This document shows, in pieces, positions 1-10,447 of a stretch of DNA of 32,000 nt. A model generated the notes under the pieces. It was not told where the DNA came from. It did no database searches and saw only the letters and a program-made list of their open reading frames with translations. The stretch lies in contig NZ_JAGIOS010000001.1 of the NCBI RefSeq assembly GCF_017876815.1, forward strand, positions 3,240,001-3,272,000, written 5' to 3'. The stretch's first letter is position 1; each line of letters opens with the position of its first letter. Made by a program: the position numbers and the translations under genes. Source of the stretch: Sinorhizobium meliloti. Lineage in GTDB: Bacteria; Pseudomonadota; Alphaproteobacteria; Rhizobiales; Rhizobiaceae.

Positions 1-77
1 TTCACGCCGGCAGCGAAAGCAGGACCGGTCAGCGCAAGCGCAGCGACGAAGAGGCTGGTGACGAGTGATTTAGGCAT
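1..77 (-). CDS. N-terminal fragment of a secreted/periplasmic protein; the rest lies beyond the window start
   Basis: The reverse complement from 77 reads ATG CCT AAA TCA..., giving MPKSLVTSLFVAALALTGPAFAAGV. This is a classic Sec signal peptide with an AFA-A cleavage motif. Only 25 codons are visible. Confidence 0.45.
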   Translation of the reverse strand, partial: MPKSLVTSLFVAALALTGPAFAAGV

Positions 78-236
78 GTTTTTTCCCGCTATCGACCGCC
101 ATGTTTTAAGGATGTGGCCGCGCCCGTCAAAGGAAAAGATCGAGGCATAACGAGGCTTTGTCGCCGCATCGATTGCAAGCGCCGCTGATCCGCAAGATTC
201 TCGCGCCGCCGGGTTTCATATTTTCCGCGAGAGTCT

Positions 237-764
237 ATGTATGTGCGAGATATCGTTCCGGAGCGAGATGTGTTGGAGAAGACCCGGCTGGACCCGATAA
301 CCTACCGTGATGCGATGAGCCGCATGTCGTCGCATGTGCAGCTGATCACGGCGGCCGATGGCAAGGAGCGGCGCGGCGTGACGATCACCGCGTCCTGCTC
401 GGTATCCGACGATCCGCCGACCGTGCTCGCTTGCCTCAACGCAGCCAACCGGCGCAACGACATCTTTTCGCGTGGCGGCAGCTTCGCGCTGAACCTGCTT
501 GGCGCCCAGCATCACGCCCTGGCTCACGCCTTTTCGGGCCGCGACCAGCTCGACATGGAACGGCGTTTTGCCTTGGGCCGGTGGACGCAGCGCACGACCG
601 GTGCGCCCATCCTCGTCGAGGCGATCGCTGCCTTCGACTGCCGCCTGATCGAAGTCAAGGAAGTGGCCACACATCTCATCCTTATCGGCGAAGTCGTGGA
701 CGTACAGCTCGGCCCGAAGCAGCCACCGCTCATTTATGTGGACCGCGGATATCACACGCTATAG
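237..764 (+). CDS. Flavin reductase-like (HpaC/RutF-type FMN-binding split-barrel) protein
   Basis: The 175-aa ORF has the typical family layout: DPITYRDAMSRMSSHVQLITA...GVTITASCSVSDDPPTVLACLN...H.LILIGEVV. Third-position GC is high. The opposite-strand ORF 216-755 is its mirror. Confidence 0.8.
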   Translation: MYVRDIVPERDVLEKTRLDPITYRDAMSRMSSHVQLITAADGKERRGVTITASCSVSDDPPTVLACLNAANRRNDIFSRGGSFALNLLGAQHHALAHAFSGRDQLDMERRFALGRWTQRTTGAPILVEAIAAFDCRLIEVKEVATHLILIGEVVDVQLGPKQPPLIYVDRGYHTL

Positions 765-788
765 GTTTTCGTCCAGGCGGGAGGAAGC

Positions 789-1718
789 ATGGCGAGACAG
801 CTGACAGGAAAGCTGCCCCAGTCCATCGACGAGACGAGGGCGATGCTGGAGGCGCAGGATTATCTCGCCGGAACCGCGCTGGCGACCGTTCTCTTCCTGG
901 CCCTCAGGATGAAGCGCCCGCTATTCCTCGAAGGCGAGGCCGGGGTCGGCAAGACCGAGATCGCCAAGGTACTGGCGCGCGCCCTCGACCGCCCCCTCAT
1001 CCGGCTTCAGTGCTACGAGGGTCTTGATGTCGCCTCGGCCGTCTACGAATGGAACTATCCGGCTCAAATGCTGGAAATCCGCCTGTCGGAAGCGGCGGGC
1101 ACCGTCGACCGCCAGAGAGTGGAAAGCGACATCTTCTCCGAGCGGTTCCTCATAAGACGGCCGGTGCTGCAGGCGATATCGACGACTGCCGGGAGGGCGC
1201 CGGTGTTCCTGATCGACGAGCTCGACCGCACCGACGAAGCCTTCGAAGCCTTTCTCCTGGAGGTGCTTTCCGATTTCCAGGTCACAATCCCCGAACTCGG
1301 GACGATCAAGGCCGACGAGCCGCCGATCGTCATCATCACCACCAACCGGACCCGCGAAATCCACGATGCCTTGAAGAGACGCTGTCTCTATCACTGGGTC
1401 GACTACCCCAAGGCGGCGCAGGAACTGGAGATCATCCGCCGCAAGGTTCCGGGCTGCAACGCGGCGCTTTCACGCGAGATCGTTGCCTATGTTCAGAGGT
1501 TGAGGGCGCTCGACCTCTTCAAGAATCCCGGCGTCGCGGAAACGATCGACTGGGCCACGGCGCTCACCGAGCTCGACGCGCTGGCGCTCGATCCCGAAAC
1601 GGTGGCCGACACGCTCGGTACGCTTCTCAAATATCAGGACGACATCGCCCGGATCGAAGGTGCCGAAGGCCGCCGCCTGCTTGCCGAGGTGAAAGCCGAA
1701 TTGCTGGCGCAGGACTGA
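789..1718 (+). CDS. MoxR-family AAA+ ATPase (CoxD-like)
   Basis: The 309-aa ORF has Walker A GEAGVGKT and Walker B VFLIDELD. Size and C-terminal region are typical of MoxR/CoxD. It starts 24 nt after the preceding gene. Confidence 0.9.
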   Translation: MARQLTGKLPQSIDETRAMLEAQDYLAGTALATVLFLALRMKRPLFLEGEAGVGKTEIAKVLARALDRPLIRLQCYEGLDVASAVYEWNYPAQMLEIRLSEAAGTVDRQRVESDIFSERFLIRRPVLQAISTTAGRAPVFLIDELDRTDEAFEAFLLEVLSDFQVTIPELGTIKADEPPIVIITTNRTREIHDALKRRCLYHWVDYPKAAQELEIIRRKVPGCNAALSREIVAYVQRLRALDLFKNPGVAETIDWATALTELDALALDPETVADTLGTLLKYQDDIARIEGAEGRRLLAEVKAELLAQD

Positions 1719-1723
1719 GCAGG

Positions 1724-2986
1724 ATGACCGGCGGAGCCCATTCGGATGAAGGAAGGCTTGCCGACAACATCGTCTTCTTCGCCCGTGCCCTGAGGCGGGC
1801 GGGACTGCGGATCGGTCCGGCCGCCATCGCCGATGCCATCGGTGCCGTAAAGCTGATCGGCATCGGCTCCCGTGGCGAATTCTATGCAGCGCTCCAATGC
1901 ATCTTCGTCAAGCGTCATGAAGACCAGGCCGTATTCGACGAGGCGTTCCGGCTCTTCTGGCGTTCGCCGGATCTGGTGAACAAGATGATCGCGCTCATGT
2001 CGCCCATTGCCATGCCCCGCTCCGGGGAGGATCGGCGTCGGCGCGCCGGCGAAGAACGCGTTCGTGATGCGCTTCTTGCCGGCCGGGACGGCGCGCAGCA
2101 GCCGAGCGAAGCGCCGGAGGTGGAGGTCGATGCACGCTACACCGTCTCGGGCCGGGAACTCTTCCGCAAGGCGGATTTCGGCCAGATGACGACCGCGGAG
2201 ATCGCCGAGGCAAGAAAGGCATTGTCCGCGATCCTGCTGCCGCTCGACCGGGTACGAACGCGCCGCTATCGACGGTCCCATCGCCCGGTGCGGATCGATC
2301 CGCGCTCCACCATGCGCGATGCCATGCGGTTTGGCGGGGACTTCATCCTGCCGCGCTTTCGCGAGCCGCGGCTCGTCCATCCGCCATTGGTCGTGCTTGC
2401 GGACATTTCCGGATCGATGAGCAAGTATACCCGGATATTCCTGCATTTTCTGCACGCGCTGACCGAACAGCGCCATCGCGTCCATACTTTCCTTTTCGGG
2501 ACGCGGTTGACGAATGTCACGAGGCAGATGCGCAACCGTGACCCCGACGAGGCGCTGGATGACTGCATCGCGGCGGTCAAGGACTGGTCGGGCGGCACGC
2601 GTATCGGAGAGACGCTGCACGATTTCAACCGCCGCTGGTCGCGGCGGGTGCTCGGGCAGGGGGCCGTCGTCCTCTTGATGACCGATGGGCTCGAGCGCGA
2701 CGATACGGCCGAACTGGAGACCGAGATCGATCGTCTGCATCGTTCCTGCCGGCGTCTCGTCTGGCTCAACCCGTTGCTGCGTTTCGACGGTTTCGAGGCG
2801 CGCGCCCGAGGAGTGAGGGCCATGCTTCCGCATGTCGACGAGTTCCGCCCGATCCACAATCTCGAATCCGTCGCCGATCTGGTGAAATCGCTGTCCGGCC
2901 GCGGAGCTCGCGATGCCGATCCGCGGCGTTTCCTGAACCATGGACGGCTTGCCGTTGACCGTGCGCCGGCGAATGCGTCACAGTGA
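1724..2986 (+). CDS. VWA domain protein (CoxE-like)
   Basis: An internal ATG at 1724 in track ORF 1049-2986 lies 5 nt after the MoxR stop. The N-terminus LADNIVFFARALRRAGLRIGP is typical of CoxE. A MIDAS-like motif VVLADISGSM is present. The upstream part of the long ORF overlaps moxR and is R/G/A-rich junk. Confidence 0.85.
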   Translation: MTGGAHSDEGRLADNIVFFARALRRAGLRIGPAAIADAIGAVKLIGIGSRGEFYAALQCIFVKRHEDQAVFDEAFRLFWRSPDLVNKMIALMSPIAMPRSGEDRRRRAGEERVRDALLAGRDGAQQPSEAPEVEVDARYTVSGRELFRKADFGQMTTAEIAEARKALSAILLPLDRVRTRRYRRSHRPVRIDPRSTMRDAMRFGGDFILPRFREPRLVHPPLVVLADISGSMSKYTRIFLHFLHALTEQRHRVHTFLFGTRLTNVTRQMRNRDPDEALDDCIAAVKDWSGGTRIGETLHDFNRRWSRRVLGQGAVVLLMTDGLERDDTAELETEIDRLHRSCRRLVWLNPLLRFDGFEARARGVRAMLPHVDEFRPIHNLESVADLVKSLSGRGARDADPRRFLNHGRLAVDRAPANASQ

Positions 2987-3041
2987 TGTGACTTGATCCG
3001 AAGCAGGATCATTGCCTGAGTGCAGTTTTCGGAGTTGCAGC

Positions 3042-3374
3042 ATGCAGAACGAGCCGAACGTCCTCGATCCTTTGGCTGTCGCCCAGACCTGGCATGGGCA
3101 AGGGCGTTCCGTGGCCCTTGCGACCGTGATCGAAACCTGGGGCTCGGCGCCACGCCCCGTCGGCAGCCACCTGGTGATCGACGGGGAAGGTAACTTCCAG
3201 GGCTCCGTTTCCGGCGGCTGCGTCGAGGGCGCGGTCATCGCGGAGGCTGCCGACGTGATTGCGTCCGGTACCCCGCGGGTTCTCGAATTCGGCGTCGCCG
3301 ACGAGACTGCGTGGCGCGTCGGGCTTTCCTGCGGTGGCCGGATCCGCGTCTATGTCGAACGAATTGACGGCTGA
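3042..3374 (+). CDS. XdhC/CoxI-family protein, N-terminal domain only
   Basis: From the ATG at 3042 (the track start at 3012 is a TTG) the protein reads MQNEPNVLDP...ALATVIETWGSAPRPVGSHLVI...GSVSGGCVEG. This is the XdhC_CoxI signature. Confidence 0.8.
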   Translation: MQNEPNVLDPLAVAQTWHGQGRSVALATVIETWGSAPRPVGSHLVIDGEGNFQGSVSGGCVEGAVIAEAADVIASGTPRVLEFGVADETAWRVGLSCGGRIRVYVERIDG

Positions 3375-3377
3375 ACG

Positions 3378-4085
3378 ATGGAACTGAGCACACTGCAGAT
3401 ACTCAATGACGCCCGCGCGTCACGCCGCGCCGCCGTCGTCGTCAGCGATCTTTCGGACGGCAGCAGTCAGGCTTTTGTCGAAGGCGATCGCATTCCCCCT
3501 GAATGGGCCGCGCCCGTCTCCGAAGTGCTGCACTCGGGCCGGCCCCGCCTTCTGAACCTCGAGGAAAGAGCGCTTTTCTTCAACGTTCATCTGCCGCCCC
3601 CTCGTATCGTCGCGATCGGAGCGGTTCACATTTCGCAGGCATTGGCGCGTCTGGCGCCGGTCGCAGGTTTCGACATGGCGGTCATCGACCCGCGCACCGC
3701 CTTTGCAACGGCCGAGCGTTTCCATGGCGTCGAGCTTATTGCCGACTGGCCGGAAGACGTTCTGCCCGCTCGACCGCTCGATCGCTATACGGCACTCGCC
3801 GCCCTCACGCACGATCCGAAGATCGATGACTATCCGATCAGCGCGGCACTGGAGGCGGGATGCTTCTATGTCGGCGCGCTTGGCAGCCGCAAGACCCATG
3901 CGGCTCGGACCGAACGCCTGCAGACGCAAGGAGTGCCGGGAGAGGCGATCACGCGTATCAAGGCCCCGATCGGCCTCGATATAGGTGCCGCGAGCCCGGC
4001 GGAGATTGCGGTTGCCGTGTTGGCAGAGATCATCGGGGCGCTGCGGCGTCGCGACGTGAACCTGCCGGCGGAGGGGGCCAAGTGA
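3378..4085 (+). CDS. XdhC-family molybdenum cofactor insertion chaperone (degenerate N-domain plus Rossmann-like C-domain)
   Basis: The 235-aa ORF carries IVAIGAVHISQALARLA (Rossmann-like) and YVGALGSRKTHAART. It starts 3 nt after the previous stop and in the same reading frame. Confidence 0.85.
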   Translation: MELSTLQILNDARASRRAAVVVSDLSDGSSQAFVEGDRIPPEWAAPVSEVLHSGRPRLLNLEERALFFNVHLPPPRIVAIGAVHISQALARLAPVAGFDMAVIDPRTAFATAERFHGVELIADWPEDVLPARPLDRYTALAALTHDPKIDDYPISAALEAGCFYVGALGSRKTHAARTERLQTQGVPGEAITRIKAPIGLDIGAASPAEIAVAVLAEIIGALRRRDVNLPAEGAK

Positions 4086-5698
4086 GGTTCGGGCCCGTAC
4101 CGCTTGCCGAGGCCGAAGGCGCTCTCCTGGGCCATTCGGTAAAGATCGGCACGATGAAGCTGTCAAAGGGGGATCGCCTGAGCGCCGACGATGTCGCGGC
4201 GCTTGCCGAAGCGGATGTCACGGAGGTCATTGTCGCGCGGCTCGAGCCGGACGACCTGCCGGAGGACGAAGCCGCGGCGCGCATAGCTGCGGCGATCGCT
4301 CCGGATCACCTGCGGTTCTCGCGGGCCACGACCGGCCGGGTCAACGTCTATGCTACCGCTGCCGGCCTTTTCGTTGCCAATCGCGCCGTCGTCGATCGGC
4401 TGAACCGTATAGATCCGGCGATCACGCTCGCCTGCCTTGCCGATCATGTTGCCGTCGACGCCGGCGACATGGTGGCGACGATCAAGATCATCCCTCTTGC
4501 CGTGCCGCAAGCGCTCGTGGAGCGAGCGCAGGCACTGCTTCGGGCGGATCGGGCCTTCGAGGTCAAGCCGTTCACGCCGCGGCGCGCGGCCCTGGTGGCG
4601 ACTGAGCTGCCTTCGTTGAAGAGCCAGGTTATGGACAAGACGCGCGCCGTCCTCACCGCAAGGCTCCTGCAATCGGGCAGCCGCCTCGATAGCGAGCAGC
4701 GCGTGGCTCATACTACCGAAGCGGTCGCCGCCGCGATCTCGGACGCTGCCGATTCGCACGACCTGATCATCGTCTTCGGCGCTTCGGCCGTGGCCGATCC
4801 GGACGATGTGATCCCTGCCGCCATCCGGCGCGCGGGCGGCGTCGTAGAACACGTCGGAATGCCGGTCGATCCGGGCAACCTGCTCGTCCTCGGGCGATTA
4901 GGGGAAATCCCGGTCCTCGGTGCTCCCGGATGTGCACGAAGCCCGAGGGAAAACGGTTTCGACTGGATTCTCGACCGGTTGATCGCGGGCGAGTGGCCGA
5001 GCAAAGCCGACATTACCGGGCTCGGCGTCGGCGGGTTGCTCAAGGAAATACCGACGCGTCCGCAGCCGCGGGAAGGGAGCGCCGGCAAGCGGCCGGGTCC
5101 CGTCGGGATCGTGGTGCTCGCAGCCGGCCAGGCGAGCCGGATGGGGCCGGATAGCCGCCACAAGCTGCTTGCGGAGTTCGAAGGCATGCCGCTCGTGCGC
5201 CGGTCGGTGGAGACCGCCATCGCGGCGGCTCCGGGCAGAGTGATCGTGGTAACCGGCCACCGTGAAGCGGAGATCCGGGCGGCACTCGCGGGGCTGCAGA
5301 CCACATTCGTCTCGAACCCCGATTACCGGAGCGGCATGGCCTCTTCGCTGGTTGCCGGTCTCTCCGCCCTGGATGCCGGCGCCGGCGGGATGCTCGTCAT
5401 GCTTGCCGACATGCCGGGCATTACTTCGGCACACCTGGCAAAGTTGATCGCTGCCTTCGAAGCCGAATCCGGCCGTGCTGTGGTGCGTGCCGTCGCTGGC
5501 GGTCAGCGCGGCAATCCGGTCATTCTGCCGAAGGAGACTTTCCATGCCGTCCGGCAGCTCGTCGGCGACGTCGGGGCGAGACACATTGTCGAGCGCTGCG
5601 GCTTGCCGGTGATCGACGTCGAACTCGGTGCTGCGGCGCGTCTTGATCTCGACACGCCGGAGGCGATAGTGGCTGCCGGCGGGCTATTGAGGGATTGA
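4082..5698 (+). CDS. Fusion protein: MoeA/MoCF-binding-like domain plus MobA-like NTP transferase (MocA-type molybdenum cofactor cytidylyltransferase)
   Basis: The GTG at 4082 overlaps the upstream TGA (GTGA). The C-terminal half has GIVVLAAGQASRMG and MLADMPG motifs of the MobA/MocA family. The N-terminal ~330 aa resemble a molybdopterin-binding domain (VFGASAVADPDDVIP...GMPVDPGN). The track ORF start at 3860 overlaps xdhC and was rejected. Confidence 0.8.
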   Translation: MRFGPVPLAEAEGALLGHSVKIGTMKLSKGDRLSADDVAALAEADVTEVIVARLEPDDLPEDEAAARIAAAIAPDHLRFSRATTGRVNVYATAAGLFVANRAVVDRLNRIDPAITLACLADHVAVDAGDMVATIKIIPLAVPQALVERAQALLRADRAFEVKPFTPRRAALVATELPSLKSQVMDKTRAVLTARLLQSGSRLDSEQRVAHTTEAVAAAISDAADSHDLIIVFGASAVADPDDVIPAAIRRAGGVVEHVGMPVDPGNLLVLGRLGEIPVLGAPGCARSPRENGFDWILDRLIAGEWPSKADITGLGVGGLLKEIPTRPQPREGSAGKRPGPVGIVVLAAGQASRMGPDSRHKLLAEFEGMPLVRRSVETAIAAAPGRVIVVTGHREAEIRAALAGLQTTFVSNPDYRSGMASSLVAGLSALDAGAGGMLVMLADMPGITSAHLAKLIAAFEAESGRAVVRAVAGGQRGNPVILPKETFHAVRQLVGDVGARHIVERCGLPVIDVELGAAARLDLDTPEAIVAAGGLLRD

Positions 5699-5701
5699 GC
5701 G

Positions 5702-6019
5702 ATGGACAATGCGGCAATCGAGGAGATCTTCGAAACACTCGGCCCGATCAAGATTCGCCGCATGTTCGGCGGCAAGGGCATCTATTTCGACGGCATCATT
5801 CTTGCGTTGGAAGTGAACGGCGAAATTCTTCTGAAGGGGGATGCCGAATCGGCGCCGGCGCTCGAGGAAGCAGGCGCCCGGCAGTGGGCCTATGAAGGCA
5901 AGGGCAAGCCGGTGAAAATGCCCTATTGGAGCATCCCTGAGCCGGCCTGGGACGATCCGGATGAAATGGCGCGCTGGGTTAGACTTGCCTACGAGGCCGC
6001 GCTCAGGTCCAAAAAGTAG
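5702..6019 (+). CDS. TfoX N-terminal domain protein
   Basis: The 105-aa ORF contains RRMFGGKGIYFDGIILALEVNGEILLKGD, which matches the TfoX_N pattern. It starts 3 nt after the preceding stop. Confidence 0.75.
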   Translation: MDNAAIEEIFETLGPIKIRRMFGGKGIYFDGIILALEVNGEILLKGDAESAPALEEAGARQWAYEGKGKPVKMPYWSIPEPAWDDPDEMARWVRLAYEAALRSKK

Positions 6020-6037
6020 AGATGATCGTCCCGGGTT

Positions 6038-6445
6038 TCAGGCGAGCGCCCGCACCGCATCTGCCGCAAAGCGGGATAGAGGCTGGGGCAGGGCGGTCAG
6101 GTCGAACCAGCGGATGTCGGAGAGCTTGTCCGGCTCGGTGAGACGCGGCTCGCCGGAAAAATTCTCCGTCACATAAATCAGCGAGATCCAATGTTGCCGA
6201 TCGGCTTCGATCATCTGCTCGCTGACGCATAAAAAGCGGGTCGAATGGATGGAAAGGCCGCTTTCCTCCTCCGCCTCGCGTCGGGCCGCATCCTGCGCGA
6301 GTTCCATATGATCGACTTTGCCGCCGACGATGCTCCAGTGGCCGGCTTCCGGCGCCTTCAGGCGTCGGCAAAGGAGGATCTTTCCATCCCGCAGGATTGC
6401 CAGACCGCAGCCGAGACCGGGGAAATCGATACCGGGCAGTGCCAT
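6038..6445 (-). CDS. NUDIX hydrolase
   Basis: The 135-aa ORF has a complete Nudix box, GGKVDHMELAQDAARREAEEESGL (GX5EX7REUXEEXGU). Confidence 0.85.
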   Translation of the reverse strand: MALPGIDFPGLGCGLAILRDGKILLCRRLKAPEAGHWSIVGGKVDHMELAQDAARREAEEESGLSIHSTRFLCVSEQMIEADRQHWISLIYVTENFSGEPRLTEPDKLSDIRWFDLTALPQPLSRFAADAVRALA

Positions 6446-6454
6446 GAGCGAGAA

Positions 6455-7954
<1,500 letters not shown>

Positions 7955-8153
7955 AGGGGAAACTGTTTCCGTTCCGGTTCTGATGAACTCTGATCGATCG
8001 TTGGAAAATGCAGCAGCATGTGGCGGCGCTCATACGACCAAAGGCGCCGAAAGTCAAGAAATCCAGCACGTTGAAACACTGGAAGTTGAATCCGCCCGAT
8101 TCTCATGCTTTTCGCGTCAGGCGCGGGAGAGGTAGCTGCCCGCACGCCCATTG

Positions 8154-9557
8154 TCAATCGAGATAGCCGGCGAGCTCCGTTCCGGCCCTCAGGAAGCGCG
8201 CCGGATCGACGGCGTGCCCGTTCAGGCGAACCTCGTAATGAAGATGCGGGCCCGTCGACCGTCCGGTGCTTCCCGACTTGGCAATGACCGCGTCTGCCTT
8301 CACCGCATCGCCGACATTGACCAGGATGGCGGACAGATGTGCATAGCGGGTCGAGACGCCGTTGCCGTGATCGATCTCGATCATGTTTCCATAGCCGCCC
8401 GCAGGACCCGCGGCCGTGACGGTGCCACCCGCGGTCGCGCGGACTCGCGTGCCGGTCGGTGCGCGAAAATCCGTTCCGGCGTGCAGCGCCGGACGGCCGA
8501 GAAATGGATCCAGCCGATTTCCGAAGCCGCTGGAGACATCGGCTGCCGGCGCCGGGCTGGCGAGAGGAAGTCTTTTTGCTGCGTCACGGGTCTGCTCAAG
8601 CTCCAGGAGAGCGCTGTCGAGACCGACCAGGAACCGATCGAATACGTCTCCGTCCTGCGGTTCGGCGAAGGGGCCGCCGATTCCGGCTTCCGCGGCCGTA
8701 TCCGCGTCGAGCGCTTCCCCGGCTTCCGGGAGCGTGAAGCCGGTATCTTCCACGATCGCCCTGATTGTCGCGGACGTCCTTAGCGCGCTGTCCGTCATCT
8801 GCCGGAGATGCGCCATCTGTTCGCGCTCCACGCCCTTGAGCGAAAGCGTGACGTTGGAAAACATACGGTCGGCCCGGTCGGAAGCGCTTTCGCCACCCAC
8901 ATTCCCGGAGGAGACGGGTGCATAGCCGAGTACGGCGGGGCGGGGAGGCCGGTCGTCATCCTTGCCGGCGATGCCCATGATCGTCTCGATGGCCTTGACG
9001 CCGCCCCGAGCTTCTTCGCGCCCGTCATAGGCCAGCGGTTCCGTCGCAGGAAAAGTGTCTTGCTGCCCGGTATGATTCAAGTCCGCACCGTCTTCCGGGA
9101 GTGCGCCGAACCGGCCGCTTCTCGAGGTCAGTGCCAGCTGCCGCTGCAGAAGTTTCTCGACCTTCTGTTCGACAACCTGCTGATCCAGCAATTGCCGGCT
9201 CGTGACACGGTCCACCTGCGCTCGCAGTGCAGTGATCCGGTCCTCGTATTCATGCTGCATCCGCGCCTGCCGTGCGATCGTTCCGCCGATCAGGTCGTCG
9301 CGAAGCACCAGATATGTGGTTGCGGCAAGATATCCTGTGCCGAACATGCCGACGAAACAGATGGCCAGGGTCGCCATCCATGGGCGGACCGTCATGTGCC
9401 GGACCCTGTCGCCGCTCGCCAGGATCAGGACGTGACTTTGCCTGCGCTTCCCGAAGGCGTTTACCGAACCAACAGACACCACACCACCCCCGCCGATGCG
9501 CCCCAGTTTGCGCGTCCGGAGGCGCGCTGCGCTGTAGTTCGCGTTGCTCGACGGCAA
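8154..9557 (-). CDS. M23 (LytM-domain) peptidoglycan metalloendopeptidase with N-terminal TM segment and coiled-coil region
   Basis: The C-terminus has HAGTDFRAPTGTRV (HxxxD), IEIDHGNG and GSTGRSTGPHLHYEV. A TM helix (WMATLAICFVGMFGTGYLAATTYLVL) is present. The N-terminal extension has high GC3, so it is probably coding, but the start (TTG at 9557) is uncertain. Confidence 0.85.
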   Translation of the reverse strand: MPSSNANYSAARLRTRKLGRIGGGGVVSVGSVNAFGKRRQSHVLILASGDRVRHMTVRPWMATLAICFVGMFGTGYLAATTYLVLRDDLIGGTIARQARMQHEYEDRITALRAQVDRVTSRQLLDQQVVEQKVEKLLQRQLALTSRSGRFGALPEDGADLNHTGQQDTFPATEPLAYDGREEARGGVKAIETIMGIAGKDDDRPPRPAVLGYAPVSSGNVGGESASDRADRMFSNVTLSLKGVEREQMAHLRQMTDSALRTSATIRAIVEDTGFTLPEAGEALDADTAAEAGIGGPFAEPQDGDVFDRFLVGLDSALLELEQTRDAAKRLPLASPAPAADVSSGFGNRLDPFLGRPALHAGTDFRAPTGTRVRATAGGTVTAAGPAGGYGNMIEIDHGNGVSTRYAHLSAILVNVGDAVKADAVIAKSGSTGRSTGPHLHYEVRLNGHAVDPARFLRAGTELAGYLD

Positions 9558-9602
9558 TTACACTTTGTTAGGGTTAATAAAGCGTGTGTGCGAGGCGTTT
9601 TC

Positions 9603-10430
9603 TCAGATGTTGGTTGAGGCGGTCATCGATCGGTAGAAGGAGGGAGTCAATCCCGCCTCCGCCCGGGCAATGTCGTTGAACGGAGGCTTCAGCGGTCCGC
9701 GGAAATTCGCCCGCACGAGCGTTTGAAAGGTTGCGGCGGGGTCCTTCTTCTGCCGGGCGCAGAGAAAGCGGAACCATTTCGCTCCGACCGCGACGTGGCC
9801 CTTCTCGTCCTCGTAGATGACGTCGAGGACGGCAGCGCTCTCATTGTCGCCGGTCTCCCGCATCTTTGCGCGCAATGCCGGAGTCACATCAAGTCCACGG
9901 GCCTCGAGAATCAGCGGCACGACGGCCAGGCGGGCGGTCAGGTCGTTGCGCGTGTCGTGCGCCGCCTGCCAGAGGCCGTCATGGGCGGGAAGATCGCCAT
10001 AGTCGGCGCCGAGGTCGTTCAGCCTTTGCCGTACCATGCGAAAATGCTTGGCCTCTTCGAAGGCAACCTGCATCCAACCGTCAAAGAAGGAATTCGGCAC
10101 CGGCTCGGATGCAAAGCGTGCGACGATGTCGAGGGCCAGATCTACGGCGTTCAGTTCGATGTGGGCGATAGCGTGCAGCAGAGCGATCCGCCCTTTCAGC
10201 GAACCGAGCGAGCGCCGCTTGACCTGCGTCGGTGGCGTCAGAACGGGCTTGGCCGGCCGGCCGGGCCGCTCGGGCACGGTGCGGTCCAAAGGCGAGCGCA
10301 AGGATAGCGTTCGCGCCTTCCAGCGCCGCGCCGCCTCCTGCGCGACCTCTGTCTTGACGGCAAGATCGGCGGCACGGATCGCTTCGACGGCCGCCCCGCG
10401 CAGGCTATGGAATTGCGGAAGTCGCGTCAT
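9603..10430 (-). CDS. DUF455-type ferritin-like (putative di-iron carboxylate) protein
   Basis: The ORF has HAIAHIELNAVDLALD, FEEAKHF (ExxH), ILEARG and YEDEKGHVAVG (ExxH). The ATG at 10430 is preferred over the TTG at 10451. It lies 17 nt downstream of the bcp stop on the same strand. Confidence 0.75.
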   Translation of the reverse strand: MTRLPQFHSLRGAAVEAIRAADLAVKTEVAQEAARRWKARTLSLRSPLDRTVPERPGRPAKPVLTPPTQVKRRSLGSLKGRIALLHAIAHIELNAVDLALDIVARFASEPVPNSFFDGWMQVAFEEAKHFRMVRQRLNDLGADYGDLPAHDGLWQAAHDTRNDLTARLAVVPLILEARGLDVTPALRAKMRETGDNESAAVLDVIYEDEKGHVAVGAKWFRFLCARQKKDPAATFQTLVRANFRGPLKPPFNDIARAEAGLTPSFYRSMTASTNI

Positions 10431-10447
10431 GGTCTTGCCGTATCTGC

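Noticed and set aside
1049-1723. Long N-terminal extension of the VWA-protein ORF in the track (645 aa)
   Set aside because: The extension overlaps the MoxR gene in another frame and is R/G/P-rich. A proper CoxE-like N-terminus begins at the ATG at 1724. The extensions 3860-4081 (MocA fusion), 20820-21467 (sufC), 22024-22245 (sufD), 27277-27336 (sthA), 18382-18483 (hydrolase) and 29789-29945 (sfsA C-terminal frame) were trimmed for the same reason.
789-2986. MoxR ATPase + VWA pair considered as a possible stand-alone novel (for example defence-like) module
   Set aside because: The immediate operon partners (two XdhC-family proteins and a MocA-type cytidylyltransferase) place it firmly in the CoxD/CoxE molybdoenzyme-maturation context. 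No nuclease, sensor or effector-like gene is attached.
8115-8147. Interrupted GC stem (GGCGCGGG ... CCCGCACGCC) just downstream of the M23 peptidase gene on the minus strand, considered as an intrinsic terminator
   Set aside because: The stem has a 2-nt bulge and an 11-nt loop, and no U-tract follows on the minus strand. It could equally be part of the helicase leader, so it is too weak to annotate.
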